DNA from: an uncultured bacterium | GTDB taxonomy: Bacteria > SAR324 > NAC60-12 | Reading direction: 5' to 3' | Assembly (NCBI GenBank): GCA_965662845.1 | Contig: CBFIJD010000005.1 | Span: 61,087 to 125,086, forward strand | Length of the DNA stretch: 64,000 nt | In this document: positions 28,573 through 37,375 of the stretch, piece after piece | How positions within the stretch are numbered: the first letter of the stretch is position 1 | How the letters are laid out: each line of letters opens with the position of its first letter | Program-made: the position numbers and the translations under genes | The notes under the pieces: model-generated | What the model was told of the DNA's origin: nothing | Databases searched by the model: none | The model's input: only the letters and a program-made list of their open reading frames with translations

Positions 28573-31476
28573 CTAGGGGCTAGCTGCGAGTTTTAATCCG
28601 ACAGGTAGTTCATCACCAAACAACCAGTTCTGCAAGCCGCTTTGTGACGTGTTTGTATCATCAGCGAAGCCATCTCGGAGCAATCGCTCCAACCGGCCGT
28701 CTTCGTCAAAAGGCGCCACGTAGTCGAGCAGGCGCTGGCGAAGTTCACCAGAGACATCCCGATGTCGGTCATCTACGAACTGCGCGATCTGGCTGAGAAT
28801 TAATGGCAATTCGCCTGCAAACAGCAAACTCTCGGCCCGCAAGAGCCACTCCACCCATGCCGTCGCGACGGTCGGGCTGACGACGTGAAGGGGGCTGCCA
28901 TGCAGTAACTTCCGCGCACCCAGCCGCGCCAAACACCAGCCTTCGATGCCTGTGCTTTTGCCTTGTCGCAAACGCTCGAACAGCTGCTCGCCAAGCTTCA
29001 CTTTTCGCTCTGCGGAGACTTCTTCCAGACTCGCAGCCAGCAACCAAAGCTCGTTCAAAGCGGCAGGAGACGTTGTTGTCTTTTTGGCGCCTTTGCCCTT
29101 CGCAGGCTTCGCGCCACGGGTTTTTTTCGCTGCTTCTCGCAGCCGTGCTTCCAGCTTATCTAAGATGGCTTCTTGAGTCGGAGCAGGGAGGCCCGCCGCA
29201 ACGCGACGGCAAAAAATCCACCACTCGACCTCTACCGTGCGTTCGTCTTTGAAGTGAGGCCCCTGCGCGAGCCATTCGCTCACTTGCCGCATCCGCCATT
29301 CATCTTGAGGAAAACCAAACCCTGGGCGCAAACAAAAGCCCGCGACCTTGAGCCAGTTGAGTTCATGGGGCATCGAGCGAATGCGGGTACTCATCCCTGC
29401 CAGCATCTGGTCACCGATTGCCCGCAGCAGGGGCAACGACCACTCCGCCCGAGGCTGCTGCAAGTCGCCCTCCAGTTGCTTGTAGAGGCTCGTCAGGCGG
29501 CCTTCGTGCTTCTTCTTGCCATACCACACTTTGAGCGTAGTGACTGCAGTCTCCCACTCTGCCGGAGGTTCCCAGTTGTGGAGATCATCCGGCAACGTCG
29601 GCTGGCTGTCTGCGGATCCGTCAGCGGGATCGCGGATGCGAAACTCTAACTTCCACTCTTGCTCTAAGGCTGGACTGAAACAGACGAGACTGAGCGTACC
29701 AATCTCGTTGAGTCGTGCCCGCAAGAGGATTTGGAGCTGTTTTGCTTTTTTGGGGAGACGATTTTTGTCAACAGAGATGAACGTCTGAATTGGGGGAAGG
29801 GTAGTAAAAGACTCCTCAAACTCTGCCTCTGTGGGTTGCAGCAGCGCGCCGGTGGCATCGTGACCCCGCACACTAGAGGCGCATAGTTCAAACTGAACTG
29901 GTTGATTGATCGTTAGTTCGAGTGGGCGATCTTCTACGTCATAAGTTTGGTCGAGGGCCGCTTGTTGTGGCAACACGCACAGCCATGCCCGCTCTGTCAA
30001 ACGCTTGGAGGCTCCCTCAAGCAACAGCGACACGTAATAGCTCCGCGCGCTGCCACCGGCGATGCGCAAAGCGCTCCCTTCACGCGCCAAGTGAAACGAC
30101 GCCGCACCGCGAGCGACGGCCAAGTGCATGCTCCCGCTCTGAAGCACGCGGACTTCTCGCTGCGCGGCTCCAAGCACTTTTTCTCGCCACGCGGCTAGCT
30201 GTGTCTGGAGGCGCTGTTGAAGCAGGGGGGGCTCCAGCGTTCCCCCGTTGAACAAAATGCAACTGGGAAAGTCTTCTGGTCGCTGGGCTTCCTTCCAATG
30301 TGTGCGCAAGAAATGCAGCAGATGTCGGGTGATCGCCGGGTCTTGTGCATAAGGCAGCCCGATGGTGCGCAGCCCCTGTTTGGCGTGTGTGGGCGAGTTG
30401 GCTTCCCAGCCCAATTCGGGGAAAAAACCATCGAGGACGACCTTCTCAAGTTGGGCGAGGGTCAGCTCAAAAGTGCGCGTGCGCCCAATCAGACGACTTC
30501 CTCTCTCTGCAATGGTCACCGGGAACTGTGTGTTCTCTCCGCTCAACAACGCTTCCTTGGCGCGGCGGCACTGTCCAACGAGGGCTTCCCACAAACGAGG
30601 TGACAGCTTGCGTTGCTCGCCGGTCAACTCCAACTCGACGAACGCAGCTAAGGCTAAGTCAACGTTGTCTCCCCCAAGCAAAATGTGGTCACTGACCGCG
30701 ACTCGCTCCAGCTCTGGTGCGCTGGTCGCATCTGTGGGAAAGCGCACTTTCACGAGGCTAAAGTCGCTAGTCCCCCCTCCCACATCAATCACGATGACGG
30801 TGCTCTCGTCGGTAGTGAATTGCTCTCGCAGTGGGCCATACGTCCCTTGTTGCGGGTGTTCGGCGAGCCACGCGTAGAACGCGGCCTGCGGCTCCTCTAG
30901 CAGCACAACATGCTTCAGGCCTGCGGCTTCTACGGCGGCCAGCGTGTGCTCTCGCGCGGCTTCGTCAAAAGAAGCGGGCACCGTCAACACCAGCTCTTGC
31001 TCTTCAAAGCGCCACTCTGGCGTGGCTTGGGCCATTTCGTGGTTCCACGCATCGCGAAAGTGTTGCAGCAACAGCGCACTCACCTCCACAGGTGAAAAAC
31101 GCTGCACATCGGGCTGATCGATCTGTGGCAGAATCTTCGCGCGGGGATTCAAGCTGTGATAGCAAAGCCATGACTTCGCGGAGTGGACATTGTTGCCTGG
31201 CCGCAGCGACTGTTGTTGTCGCGCCCACTCTCCTAATGCCCACGCGGGATTCTCGAGTTGCCACGGCAAACGCAGTCTCCCTGATTGGGCTTCTTCTGAG
31301 GTCAGCAAATAAAGATGAGACGGCAGCGTAGGGCGCGCTTGCAGCTCGCCTAAACCAATCCATTGTGGGACTTCAAAGAGGTGCAGCTCATGCGTCATGT
31401 CCTCTCGATCAAGGTAGTACAGCGCACTGTTGCTAGTTCCAAGGTCTAAACCGAGACGAAAACGAGTCGTAGGCAT
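28573..31476 (-). CDS. Atypical Hsp70-family protein with large C-terminal (DUF3731-like) domain
   Basis: GLDLGTSN, TVPASF, EEP.AA, DVGGGTSD and LGGD; Trp-rich C-terminus with GFCLRPGFG. Confidence 0.85.
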   Translation of the reverse strand: MPTTRFRLGLDLGTSNSALYYLDREDMTHELHLFEVPQWIGLGELQARPTLPSHLYLLTSEEAQSGRLRLPWQLENPAWALGEWARQQQSLRPGNNVHSAKSWLCYHSLNPRAKILPQIDQPDVQRFSPVEVSALLLQHFRDAWNHEMAQATPEWRFEEQELVLTVPASFDEAAREHTLAAVEAAGLKHVVLLEEPQAAFYAWLAEHPQQGTYGPLREQFTTDESTVIVIDVGGGTSDFSLVKVRFPTDATSAPELERVAVSDHILLGGDNVDLALAAFVELELTGEQRKLSPRLWEALVGQCRRAKEALLSGENTQFPVTIAERGSRLIGRTRTFELTLAQLEKVVLDGFFPELGWEANSPTHAKQGLRTIGLPYAQDPAITRHLLHFLRTHWKEAQRPEDFPSCILFNGGTLEPPLLQQRLQTQLAAWREKVLGAAQREVRVLQSGSMHLAVARGAASFHLAREGSALRIAGGSARSYYVSLLLEGASKRLTERAWLCVLPQQAALDQTYDVEDRPLELTINQPVQFELCASSVRGHDATGALLQPTEAEFEESFTTLPPIQTFISVDKNRLPKKAKQLQILLRARLNEIGTLSLVCFSPALEQEWKLEFRIRDPADGSADSQPTLPDDLHNWEPPAEWETAVTTLKVWYGKKKHEGRLTSLYKQLEGDLQQPRAEWSLPLLRAIGDQMLAGMSTRIRSMPHELNWLKVAGFCLRPGFGFPQDEWRMRQVSEWLAQGPHFKDERTVEVEWWIFCRRVAAGLPAPTQEAILDKLEARLREAAKKTRGAKPAKGKGAKKTTTSPAALNELWLLAASLEEVSAERKVKLGEQLFERLRQGKSTGIEGWCLARLGARKLLHGSPLHVVSPTVATAWVEWLLRAESLLFAGELPLILSQIAQFVDDRHRDVSGELRQRLLDYVAPFDEDGRLERLLRDGFADDTNTSQSGLQNWLFGDELPVGLKLAASP

Positions 31477-31523
31477 GCAGGCAAATTTGTGGGAGTTGAA
31501 AGCAGGCAAAAGCGGATGAAGAG

Positions 31524-31540
31524 CGCAGAAGATGTGCCAA
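31524..31540 (-). promoter_or_regulatory. Putative sigma54 promoter of the Hsp70-like gene
   Basis: Minus strand reads TTGGCACATCTTCTGCG, which is GG-N10-GC, about 50 nt upstream of ATG 31476. Confidence 0.45.
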
Positions 31541-31763
31541 CCTAGATGAAACGATCGCGCAGAGCGTTCTGCATTAACCTACTCAAACGAAGGCCTTGTG
31601 CCAAGGTTGCAGACAAATTTAACGATTGCTCTCGTGTGTGCTTATCTGAACAATGTTATTTTGTTTTGAGCTTTTCGCGCGCCAAGGTTTGAACTTTTAC
31701 GACATTCGTGAAATAACAACCGACCTTTTTGCGTCTACCAAAATTCCAACGAAGGTCTCCCCA

Positions 31764-33800
31764 ATGAAGAAATTTCTGTTGCTCGTACTGCTGGTGTGCG
31801 GACTGACCAGTCCCGTAGCCGCAGCGCCAGAAGACAAACTCAATCAGGCAGTGGTGCGCGGGATTGTGGAGCGGTTTACCTCGCTACACTACTCCCAGCA
31901 GGAACTCGACGACGAGATTTCTCGCAAAATATTCAAGCTGTACCTGAACTCGCTCGACTCTGGGCACTACTATTTTTTGGAGTCGGATATTCAAGAGTTC
32001 TCTCGCTCGGAGACACGCATCGACAATATGTTACGGCGCGGCGATGTGTCATGGGCGATGGACGTGTTCACGCGATTTCAGACTCGCTTGGCCGAACGCC
32101 GGGACATGACCACAGAGTTCATGCAGGAAGAGTTTGACTTCACCAAAGACGCACAGTGGCGCATCGATCGCGAACAAGAGCCTTACCCCACCACCCAAGA
32201 CGAAGCGCGGAACATCTGGCGTACCAAAACCAAATTTGACCTCCTGACCCTGAAATTAGCAGGCAACACCGAAGAAGAAGCCAAGGAGAGACTGCTGAAG
32301 CGTATCGGCTCGATCTGGAAAGATTATGCTCAATACACAGATGACGATATCATCAGCCTCTACCTGAACGCCCTCACCCGCGCCTACGATCCACACTCCA
32401 CCTACATGGGCGCAGAAGACCTCAAGAATTTTGATATTTCGATCAAACTTTCGTTGGAAGGCATCGGCGCTGTGCTGCGCTGGGAAGACGGCTACACAGT
32501 CGTGAACTCGGTGATCCCTGGAGGCGCAGCGGCCCGCCACGGCAAACTCGCTGTAGACGACCGAATCATCGCGGTGGCGCAAGAAAACGAACCTTTCGAA
32601 AGCGTCGTCGACATGCGCCTGAATGATGTCGTGAACCTGATCCGAGGAGAGCGCGGAACCACCGTCCGTCTGCAAGTGATGCGCAAAAACGAGAAGGGCT
32701 TTGACACCCTGCGCTTCGCGATTGTGCGCGACAAGATTGTGCTCAAAGACGGAGAGGCCAAAGCCAATATCTTCCAGCCACAGGCCAACGCCGAAGATGA
32801 GACCTTCCCCTCAGCTTATCGCATTGGGGTGATTCAGCTGCCCTCCTTTTACGTTGACTTCAACGATCGGCGACAAAATCCACGCAACTACAAGAGCTCT
32901 TCCCGTGATGTGAAGCGTCACCTAGAGGATTTCAAAGAGAAGGGGGTGGACGGAGTGATTCTTGACCTGCGCAACAACGGCGGGGGTGGGCTGGACGAAG
33001 CGATCACCATGGCGGGCTTGTTCGTAGGCCGAAAGCCGATCGTCGTAGTCCGACAAGCCAGTGGGGCACGACTCACTGTGCATCGCAGCCGAGAAGAAGC
33101 CGTCTATGAAGGGCCGCTACTGATTTTGACAAACCGCTTTAGCGCCTCCGCCTCGGAAATTCTCGCGGGTGCGATGCACGACTACCAACGCGCCATTTTA
33201 GTGGGCGACCGCACCAGCTTCGGCAAAGGCACCGTCCAAAATATTGTTCAATTGCCGGAAGGATACGGCGCGCTCAAGGTGACCATCGCGCAGTTCTACC
33301 GCGTCTCAGGCTGGTCTACCCAAAACCGAGGTGTGGAGACCGATATCATCCTGCCGTCAATCAACAATGTTCGTGAAGTCGGCGAATCAACGCTGGAGCA
33401 CGCCTTGCCTTGGAAGGCGATCTCACCCATCACGTATGAACCGGTCGGTAATGTTCGACGTCACCTCACCGAGCTGCAGCAACGCTCTCAAAATCGACTC
33501 GCCGCCGCCGCGGACTTTCAAGAGATTCAAGGAAACGTCAAAGAGTTTTTGGCGAACGTCAAGCCGCTGGAATATACTAGCATCCTCAAGATGCAAGAAG
33601 ATGCAGAAGAGCGCAGAGCGAAGCGCGACAGCGAATTGGCTAACGCTGTAGAAAGCGGTGCTTCTTCATCGGAAGATGTAGAAGAGACCGCATCCTCCAA
33701 CGATCCTGAAGCGATCACCAAAGACACCTATCTTCAGGAAAGTATGGCGATTTTAGAAGATTACATTCGCCTACAGCAGCGCGTGGAGTACCGTAAGTAA
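31764..33800 (+). CDS. prc: Carboxy-terminal processing protease (tail-specific protease, S41A)
   Basis: Signal peptide, DPHS.Y, PDZ GIGA, DLRNNGGG, SASASEI and GKGTVQ. Confidence 0.93.
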   Translation: MKKFLLLVLLVCGLTSPVAAAPEDKLNQAVVRGIVERFTSLHYSQQELDDEISRKIFKLYLNSLDSGHYYFLESDIQEFSRSETRIDNMLRRGDVSWAMDVFTRFQTRLAERRDMTTEFMQEEFDFTKDAQWRIDREQEPYPTTQDEARNIWRTKTKFDLLTLKLAGNTEEEAKERLLKRIGSIWKDYAQYTDDDIISLYLNALTRAYDPHSTYMGAEDLKNFDISIKLSLEGIGAVLRWEDGYTVVNSVIPGGAAARHGKLAVDDRIIAVAQENEPFESVVDMRLNDVVNLIRGERGTTVRLQVMRKNEKGFDTLRFAIVRDKIVLKDGEAKANIFQPQANAEDETFPSAYRIGVIQLPSFYVDFNDRRQNPRNYKSSSRDVKRHLEDFKEKGVDGVILDLRNNGGGGLDEAITMAGLFVGRKPIVVVRQASGARLTVHRSREEAVYEGPLLILTNRFSASASEILAGAMHDYQRAILVGDRTSFGKGTVQNIVQLPEGYGALKVTIAQFYRVSGWSTQNRGVETDIILPSINNVREVGESTLEHALPWKAISPITYEPVGNVRRHLTELQQRSQNRLAAAADFQEIQGNVKEFLANVKPLEYTSILKMQEDAEERRAKRDSELANAVESGASSSEDVEETASSNDPEAITKDTYLQESMAILEDYIRLQQRVEYRK

Positions 33801-34342
33801 TGAGCAATCCGTCCGAGTTTCCTGACGCAAGCACGCTCCCGACTCTTCTCTCCATGTCCCAAATTCAGCGACGAACTCAAGAATTAGGACGCACGATCAG
33901 CCAAGACTACGAGCACAGCGAGATACCGATTGTGCTCTTGGGGGTGCTCAAGGGAGCATTCATGTTTTGTTCTGATCTAGCGCGCGCGCTAGAGATCCCT
34001 TGCTGCATTGAGTTCGTGCAGGCTTCCAGCTACAAAAACCAAAAAACGAGCGCCGGCATCGTTCACCTCTCGGATCTACCCGAACTCCGTGGCCAGCACG
34101 TCATCATTGTGGAAGATATTCTCGACACGGGCCTAACGCTGCACGAAATCCTCAAGCATCTACAAAGTTTGCAACCCGCCTCGCTCGAAGTTTGCACGCT
34201 GCTGCGCAAAGACGTGCCTCGTGAGGTCGACATCGTCCCCAAGTATGTCGGCTTTGAGATCCCCAATCGCTTTGTGATTGGCTACGGCCTAGACTATGCC
34301 GAACGCTACCGCGAGGTTCCCGAAATTCGCTGCCTCGACTGA
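33800..34342 (+). CDS. hpt: Hypoxanthine phosphoribosyltransferase
   Basis: GVLKGA, IVEDILDTGLTL and FVIGYGLDY; TAATG overlap with prc. Confidence 0.95.
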   Translation: MSNPSEFPDASTLPTLLSMSQIQRRTQELGRTISQDYEHSEIPIVLLGVLKGAFMFCSDLARALEIPCCIEFVQASSYKNQKTSAGIVHLSDLPELRGQHVIIVEDILDTGLTLHEILKHLQSLQPASLEVCTLLRKDVPREVDIVPKYVGFEIPNRFVIGYGLDYAERYREVPEIRCLD

Positions 34343-34365
34343 TCAACCCCTTTGCAAAATTCCGC

Positions 34366-34641
34366 ATGAGTGTCAAAATTCGTCCTAACTGGAACTTCGC
34401 CTCGCAAGAAGAGGCTAATCAACTCTTACTGCAACTCTCCCTAGAAAATCGCGCCTACCTCGAAGCGATCTTGCACAATTTGGCCTATCTGACCGCCAAA
34501 CAAACGGACGCCGAAATGGATACGGTGCTACAGGCTCTGTGGCAGCAAGTCGGCGAGACGGGAGGCCGCAAATTTGAAGAGTTACGCAAGGACTATCATG
34601 GAACCGCAGACCAACAGACGGCACCGGACGACGCCCAATAA
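34366..34641 (+). CDS. Hypothetical protein, 91 aa
   Basis: Fills the gap in a co-oriented run; helical; no motif recognised. Confidence 0.55.
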   Translation: MSVKIRPNWNFASQEEANQLLLQLSLENRAYLEAILHNLAYLTAKQTDAEMDTVLQALWQQVGETGGRKFEELRKDYHGTADQQTAPDDAQ

Positions 34642-35086
34642 GTTTATCTCCTTCCTCTGCTTCGGCGCGCTTTGCGCGTCTCCTGCTCTCGCCGTCGACA
34701 TCGACACCGAAAAAATCAAAGACACCTCGCTTCAAGTTTGGGAGACCTCTCGCGACACCGTAGGAGAAGTCAGTACGCAAGCTGCCGAAGTTTGGAAAGA
34801 TTCTGCGCCAATGCGGGAAAAGCTCTCAGAGAAAGCCGCCGTCGGTTGGGAGAAAACGAAAGAGTGGACGGGCGACACTTACGACGTGCTGCAAGAGAAC
34901 GCGGGAGAAGGCTCGGCAAAAGCCAAAGACTGGTGGAAAGAATATCAATCAGACAATGGCGCTCGCGAGTCCGAGACTAGCGCTGAAATGGAAGTGCCTG
35001 AAGCCGTCAAGAACTTCTGGGAGCGAACCAAGGCTGGCGCTGGAAAGCTGGTTGACTCTGCCCAAGAAACAGCTGCCGAGCTATGA
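34598..35086 (+). CDS. Secreted amphipathic-helix protein (apolipoprotein/LEA-like)
   Basis: Signal peptide ending ALA; periodic W/K/E helical segments. Confidence 0.6.
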   Translation: MEPQTNRRHRTTPNKFISFLCFGALCASPALAVDIDTEKIKDTSLQVWETSRDTVGEVSTQAAEVWKDSAPMREKLSEKAAVGWEKTKEWTGDTYDVLQENAGEGSAKAKDWWKEYQSDNGARESETSAEMEVPEAVKNFWERTKAGAGKLVDSAQETAAEL

Positions 35087-36765
35087 GACGCTTTGCGCTG
35101 CTGATCAGCGTGCAAATGCTCTGGAGCGCCTCAGCGGTCTGGGCGCAAGTCGTGCTCACTGAGTCCGCTTGGGGAGCGACATCCGCCGCAGCTCGACAAG
35201 AAGCGCAAGCCGCGCTCTCGTACTCCATCGCTGTCCAAGTTGAGAGCGTCACAGAGAGCAACCAACAGCTCGCGAACGACCAGTTCACCCAGTCGGCGAG
35301 ACAGCAAGTGGTGCTGCGTTCGCAATTGCCAATCCTCGGCGCGGAGACGCAAGTTCAGCCACAAGACGGACAGTTCCTCGCCACGATCACGCTCCGCTCT
35401 GAAGCCGCTCTGCCGCTCTACCGCTCACGTCTGACAGAGCTCTCCCGCAATATTCAGCAAAATTGGAACACTGCGCAGAACTTACCACCGGAGGCCGCCT
35501 ATGAACGGCTTCAGGCGCTGCTCACGGACATAGAACAGTGGCAAAAGCATCGCCTAGTCGCGCAGCGTCTGGGGGAGCGCGACCTCTCTGAGCTTGAGGT
35601 CTCGACGCCAACGGTTCGCCAACGCTTGCAAGCCCTCGAAGCCAACCCGACGACCCTCGCCTTTGCGGCACAAGTCCTCGCAGCGCCGTGGAAGTCACGC
35701 GGCAAGATTTATGTGTATCCGCCCACCACCAGCTCCTCGCCAGAACCGACCGAGTTCGCGACGCTCTTCCGCACACAGGTCGCGAGCCACCTGCAGGAAG
35801 TCACGCTCCCGGCACAGTCGGAGTTCCTGCTGCGCGGTGAGTACATGATCACCGCACAAGGCCTGGAGCTGATCTATCGGTTGCAGAATTGGAAAGGAGA
35901 GACACTGGAGTCTCGAAGCCTTCGGCTCGCTCCCGCTGTTTATGGGCACCTGCAAGTTCAACCGCCTCAAACCGTGACAAGCGTCGCCAACAGCCGCGTC
36001 GAGAACTCTGACGCCACGCAACCTACCGCAGCCGCGTCGCTGAGGAGTGAACCGTTGGCTCCTCAAGCAGCCGGGGACACTTGGCGCGACCCTCTGACGG
36101 GCATGGACTTTCGTCGTGTGCCAGCCGGTTCTTTTGAAATGGGAGACTCGTTCGGCGATGGAGAAGCCGACGAGCAGTGGGTTCGTGAGGTGACACTGGA
36201 CGAGTTCTGGATCAGCGAGACGGAAGTGACCCAGCAAGCTTGGGAGCGCATTATGGGCAAACCAGCGAAGCGAGGCGCCGCCGCCAAACTCCCTGTGGAA
36301 GTGACCGCGCGCGAGGTCGAGTCGTTTTTGCAGCGACTGAATCAAGCACAGCAACAAGCGCACGTGTTTCGCTTGCCCACCGAAGCGGAGTGGGAGTTCA
36401 CTTGCCGAGAGGGGGGAAAGCAAGTCAAGTATGGTACGGGGAAAAACCAGCTCCCTTGGTCTGAAGCCGCGGTGGCTCAGACGCAGGTCCAACGCGTAGG
36501 CAGCTTCGCGGCGAACGCGCTGGGCTTGTTTGATATGAGCGGCAACGTCGCAGAGTGGGTGCAAGATCGCTATCAAGCCAGCTATCAGGGGCTTGGCTCT
36601 CAAAACCCTGTGGTTACCCAAGGGCGGAGCGGCATTGTGCGCGGTGGGGGCATCGCGATGTTACTCCCCAACGCGGAGCCGCGTCAGGCACGATGCACAG
36701 CGCGACAACAAGTGCGCAGCTCTCGCGATCGCTTCGGCTTGCGTTTGGTTCGTGAACTACGATAG
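35083..36765 (+). CDS. SUMF1/FGE-sulfatase domain protein with LPP20-like N-terminal region
   Basis: F.MG, EVT..W, RLPTEAEWE, N.LGL.DMSGNV.EW, RGG and GLRLV; signal peptide. Confidence 0.85.
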   Translation: MRRFALLISVQMLWSASAVWAQVVLTESAWGATSAAARQEAQAALSYSIAVQVESVTESNQQLANDQFTQSARQQVVLRSQLPILGAETQVQPQDGQFLATITLRSEAALPLYRSRLTELSRNIQQNWNTAQNLPPEAAYERLQALLTDIEQWQKHRLVAQRLGERDLSELEVSTPTVRQRLQALEANPTTLAFAAQVLAAPWKSRGKIYVYPPTTSSSPEPTEFATLFRTQVASHLQEVTLPAQSEFLLRGEYMITAQGLELIYRLQNWKGETLESRSLRLAPAVYGHLQVQPPQTVTSVANSRVENSDATQPTAAASLRSEPLAPQAAGDTWRDPLTGMDFRRVPAGSFEMGDSFGDGEADEQWVREVTLDEFWISETEVTQQAWERIMGKPAKRGAAAKLPVEVTAREVESFLQRLNQAQQQAHVFRLPTEAEWEFTCREGGKQVKYGTGKNQLPWSEAAVAQTQVQRVGSFAANALGLFDMSGNVAEWVQDRYQASYQGLGSQNPVVTQGRSGIVRGGGIAMLLPNAEPRQARCTARQQVRSSRDRFGLRLVRELR

Positions 36766-36817
36766 CACTCCGACGCTCTCACGCTCTTCTCTCTCTAAAC
36801 CTCAGCAGGAACTCCTC

Positions 36818-37126
36818 ATGGCATTTCAGTTTCAGCGCTACCTGCGCACCCCACACTCCGAAATCTACGGCGTCTTCAGCACTGAAGGCGAAGAAGACAG
36901 CCCGATTGGACGCATTGACATCCACTACTCTCCCGTTGGTTTAGTCAACGGGATGGTCGTGCTAGAAAAAGAAATCTCTGAAGAAGACACCGCCGAACTT
37001 CTCGCCAAAATTGACCAAGAGTTGGTAGAAGTCGCCGAACTCGCGGATGATGTCTTTGAGATCACCGTCGCGATCGCTTCGAAGATTGAGACCTACGGCA
37101 AAGACGAAGACGACGAAGACGAGTAA
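36818..37126 (+). CDS. Small highly acidic hypothetical protein, 102 aa
   Basis: AGGA RBS; MAFQFQRYLRTPHSEIY...; 27 D/E versus 7 K/R by hand count. Confidence 0.7.
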   Translation: MAFQFQRYLRTPHSEIYGVFSTEGEEDSPIGRIDIHYSPVGLVNGMVVLEKEISEEDTAELLAKIDQELVEVAELADDVFEITVAIASKIETYGKDEDDEDE

Positions 37127-37130
37127 ACCA

Positions 37131-37319
37131 ATGGGATTGTCATATCGAATGAAACAGGCTCGCAAGAGCGGCTTAAACGTGAGCGCCTCTAAAAGTGGGC
37201 TCAATGTGAGCTACACCGTCGATCTTGGATTCGGTAAGGTCAACATTCCGCTGCTGGGCAAGCGCCGCAAAAAGCGCCTCACGCTCAAGGGCAGCGGGCT
37301 CTTCTCGCACCACTTCTGA
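37131..37319 (+). CDS. Small basic DUF4236-like protein, 62 aa
   Basis: MGLSYRMK..SGLNVSASKSGLNVS...TLKGSGL resembles the DUF4236 pattern (MG.R.RK..LN.SKSG.S...PG.GL). Confidence 0.6.
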   Translation: MGLSYRMKQARKSGLNVSASKSGLNVSYTVDLGFGKVNIPLLGKRRKKRLTLKGSGLFSHHF

Positions 37320-37324
37320 AGATT

Positions 37325-37364
37325 GCGCACGACGCTGCACGGGGTCGTGCGCCTCCCCTTTTTT
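37325..37364 (+). terminator. Putative intrinsic terminator
   Basis: Perfect 9-bp stem GCGCACGAC / GTCGTGCGC, followed after 6 nt by TTTTTT. Confidence 0.55.
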
Positions 37365-37375
37365 CATTCACACAC

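Noticed and set aside
35695..36621. Long antisense ORFs (308 aa here; also 58067-58939, 53839-54561 and 14611-15270)
   Set aside because: They lie opposite well-supported genes and have no motifs; typical shadow ORFs of GC-rich coding DNA.
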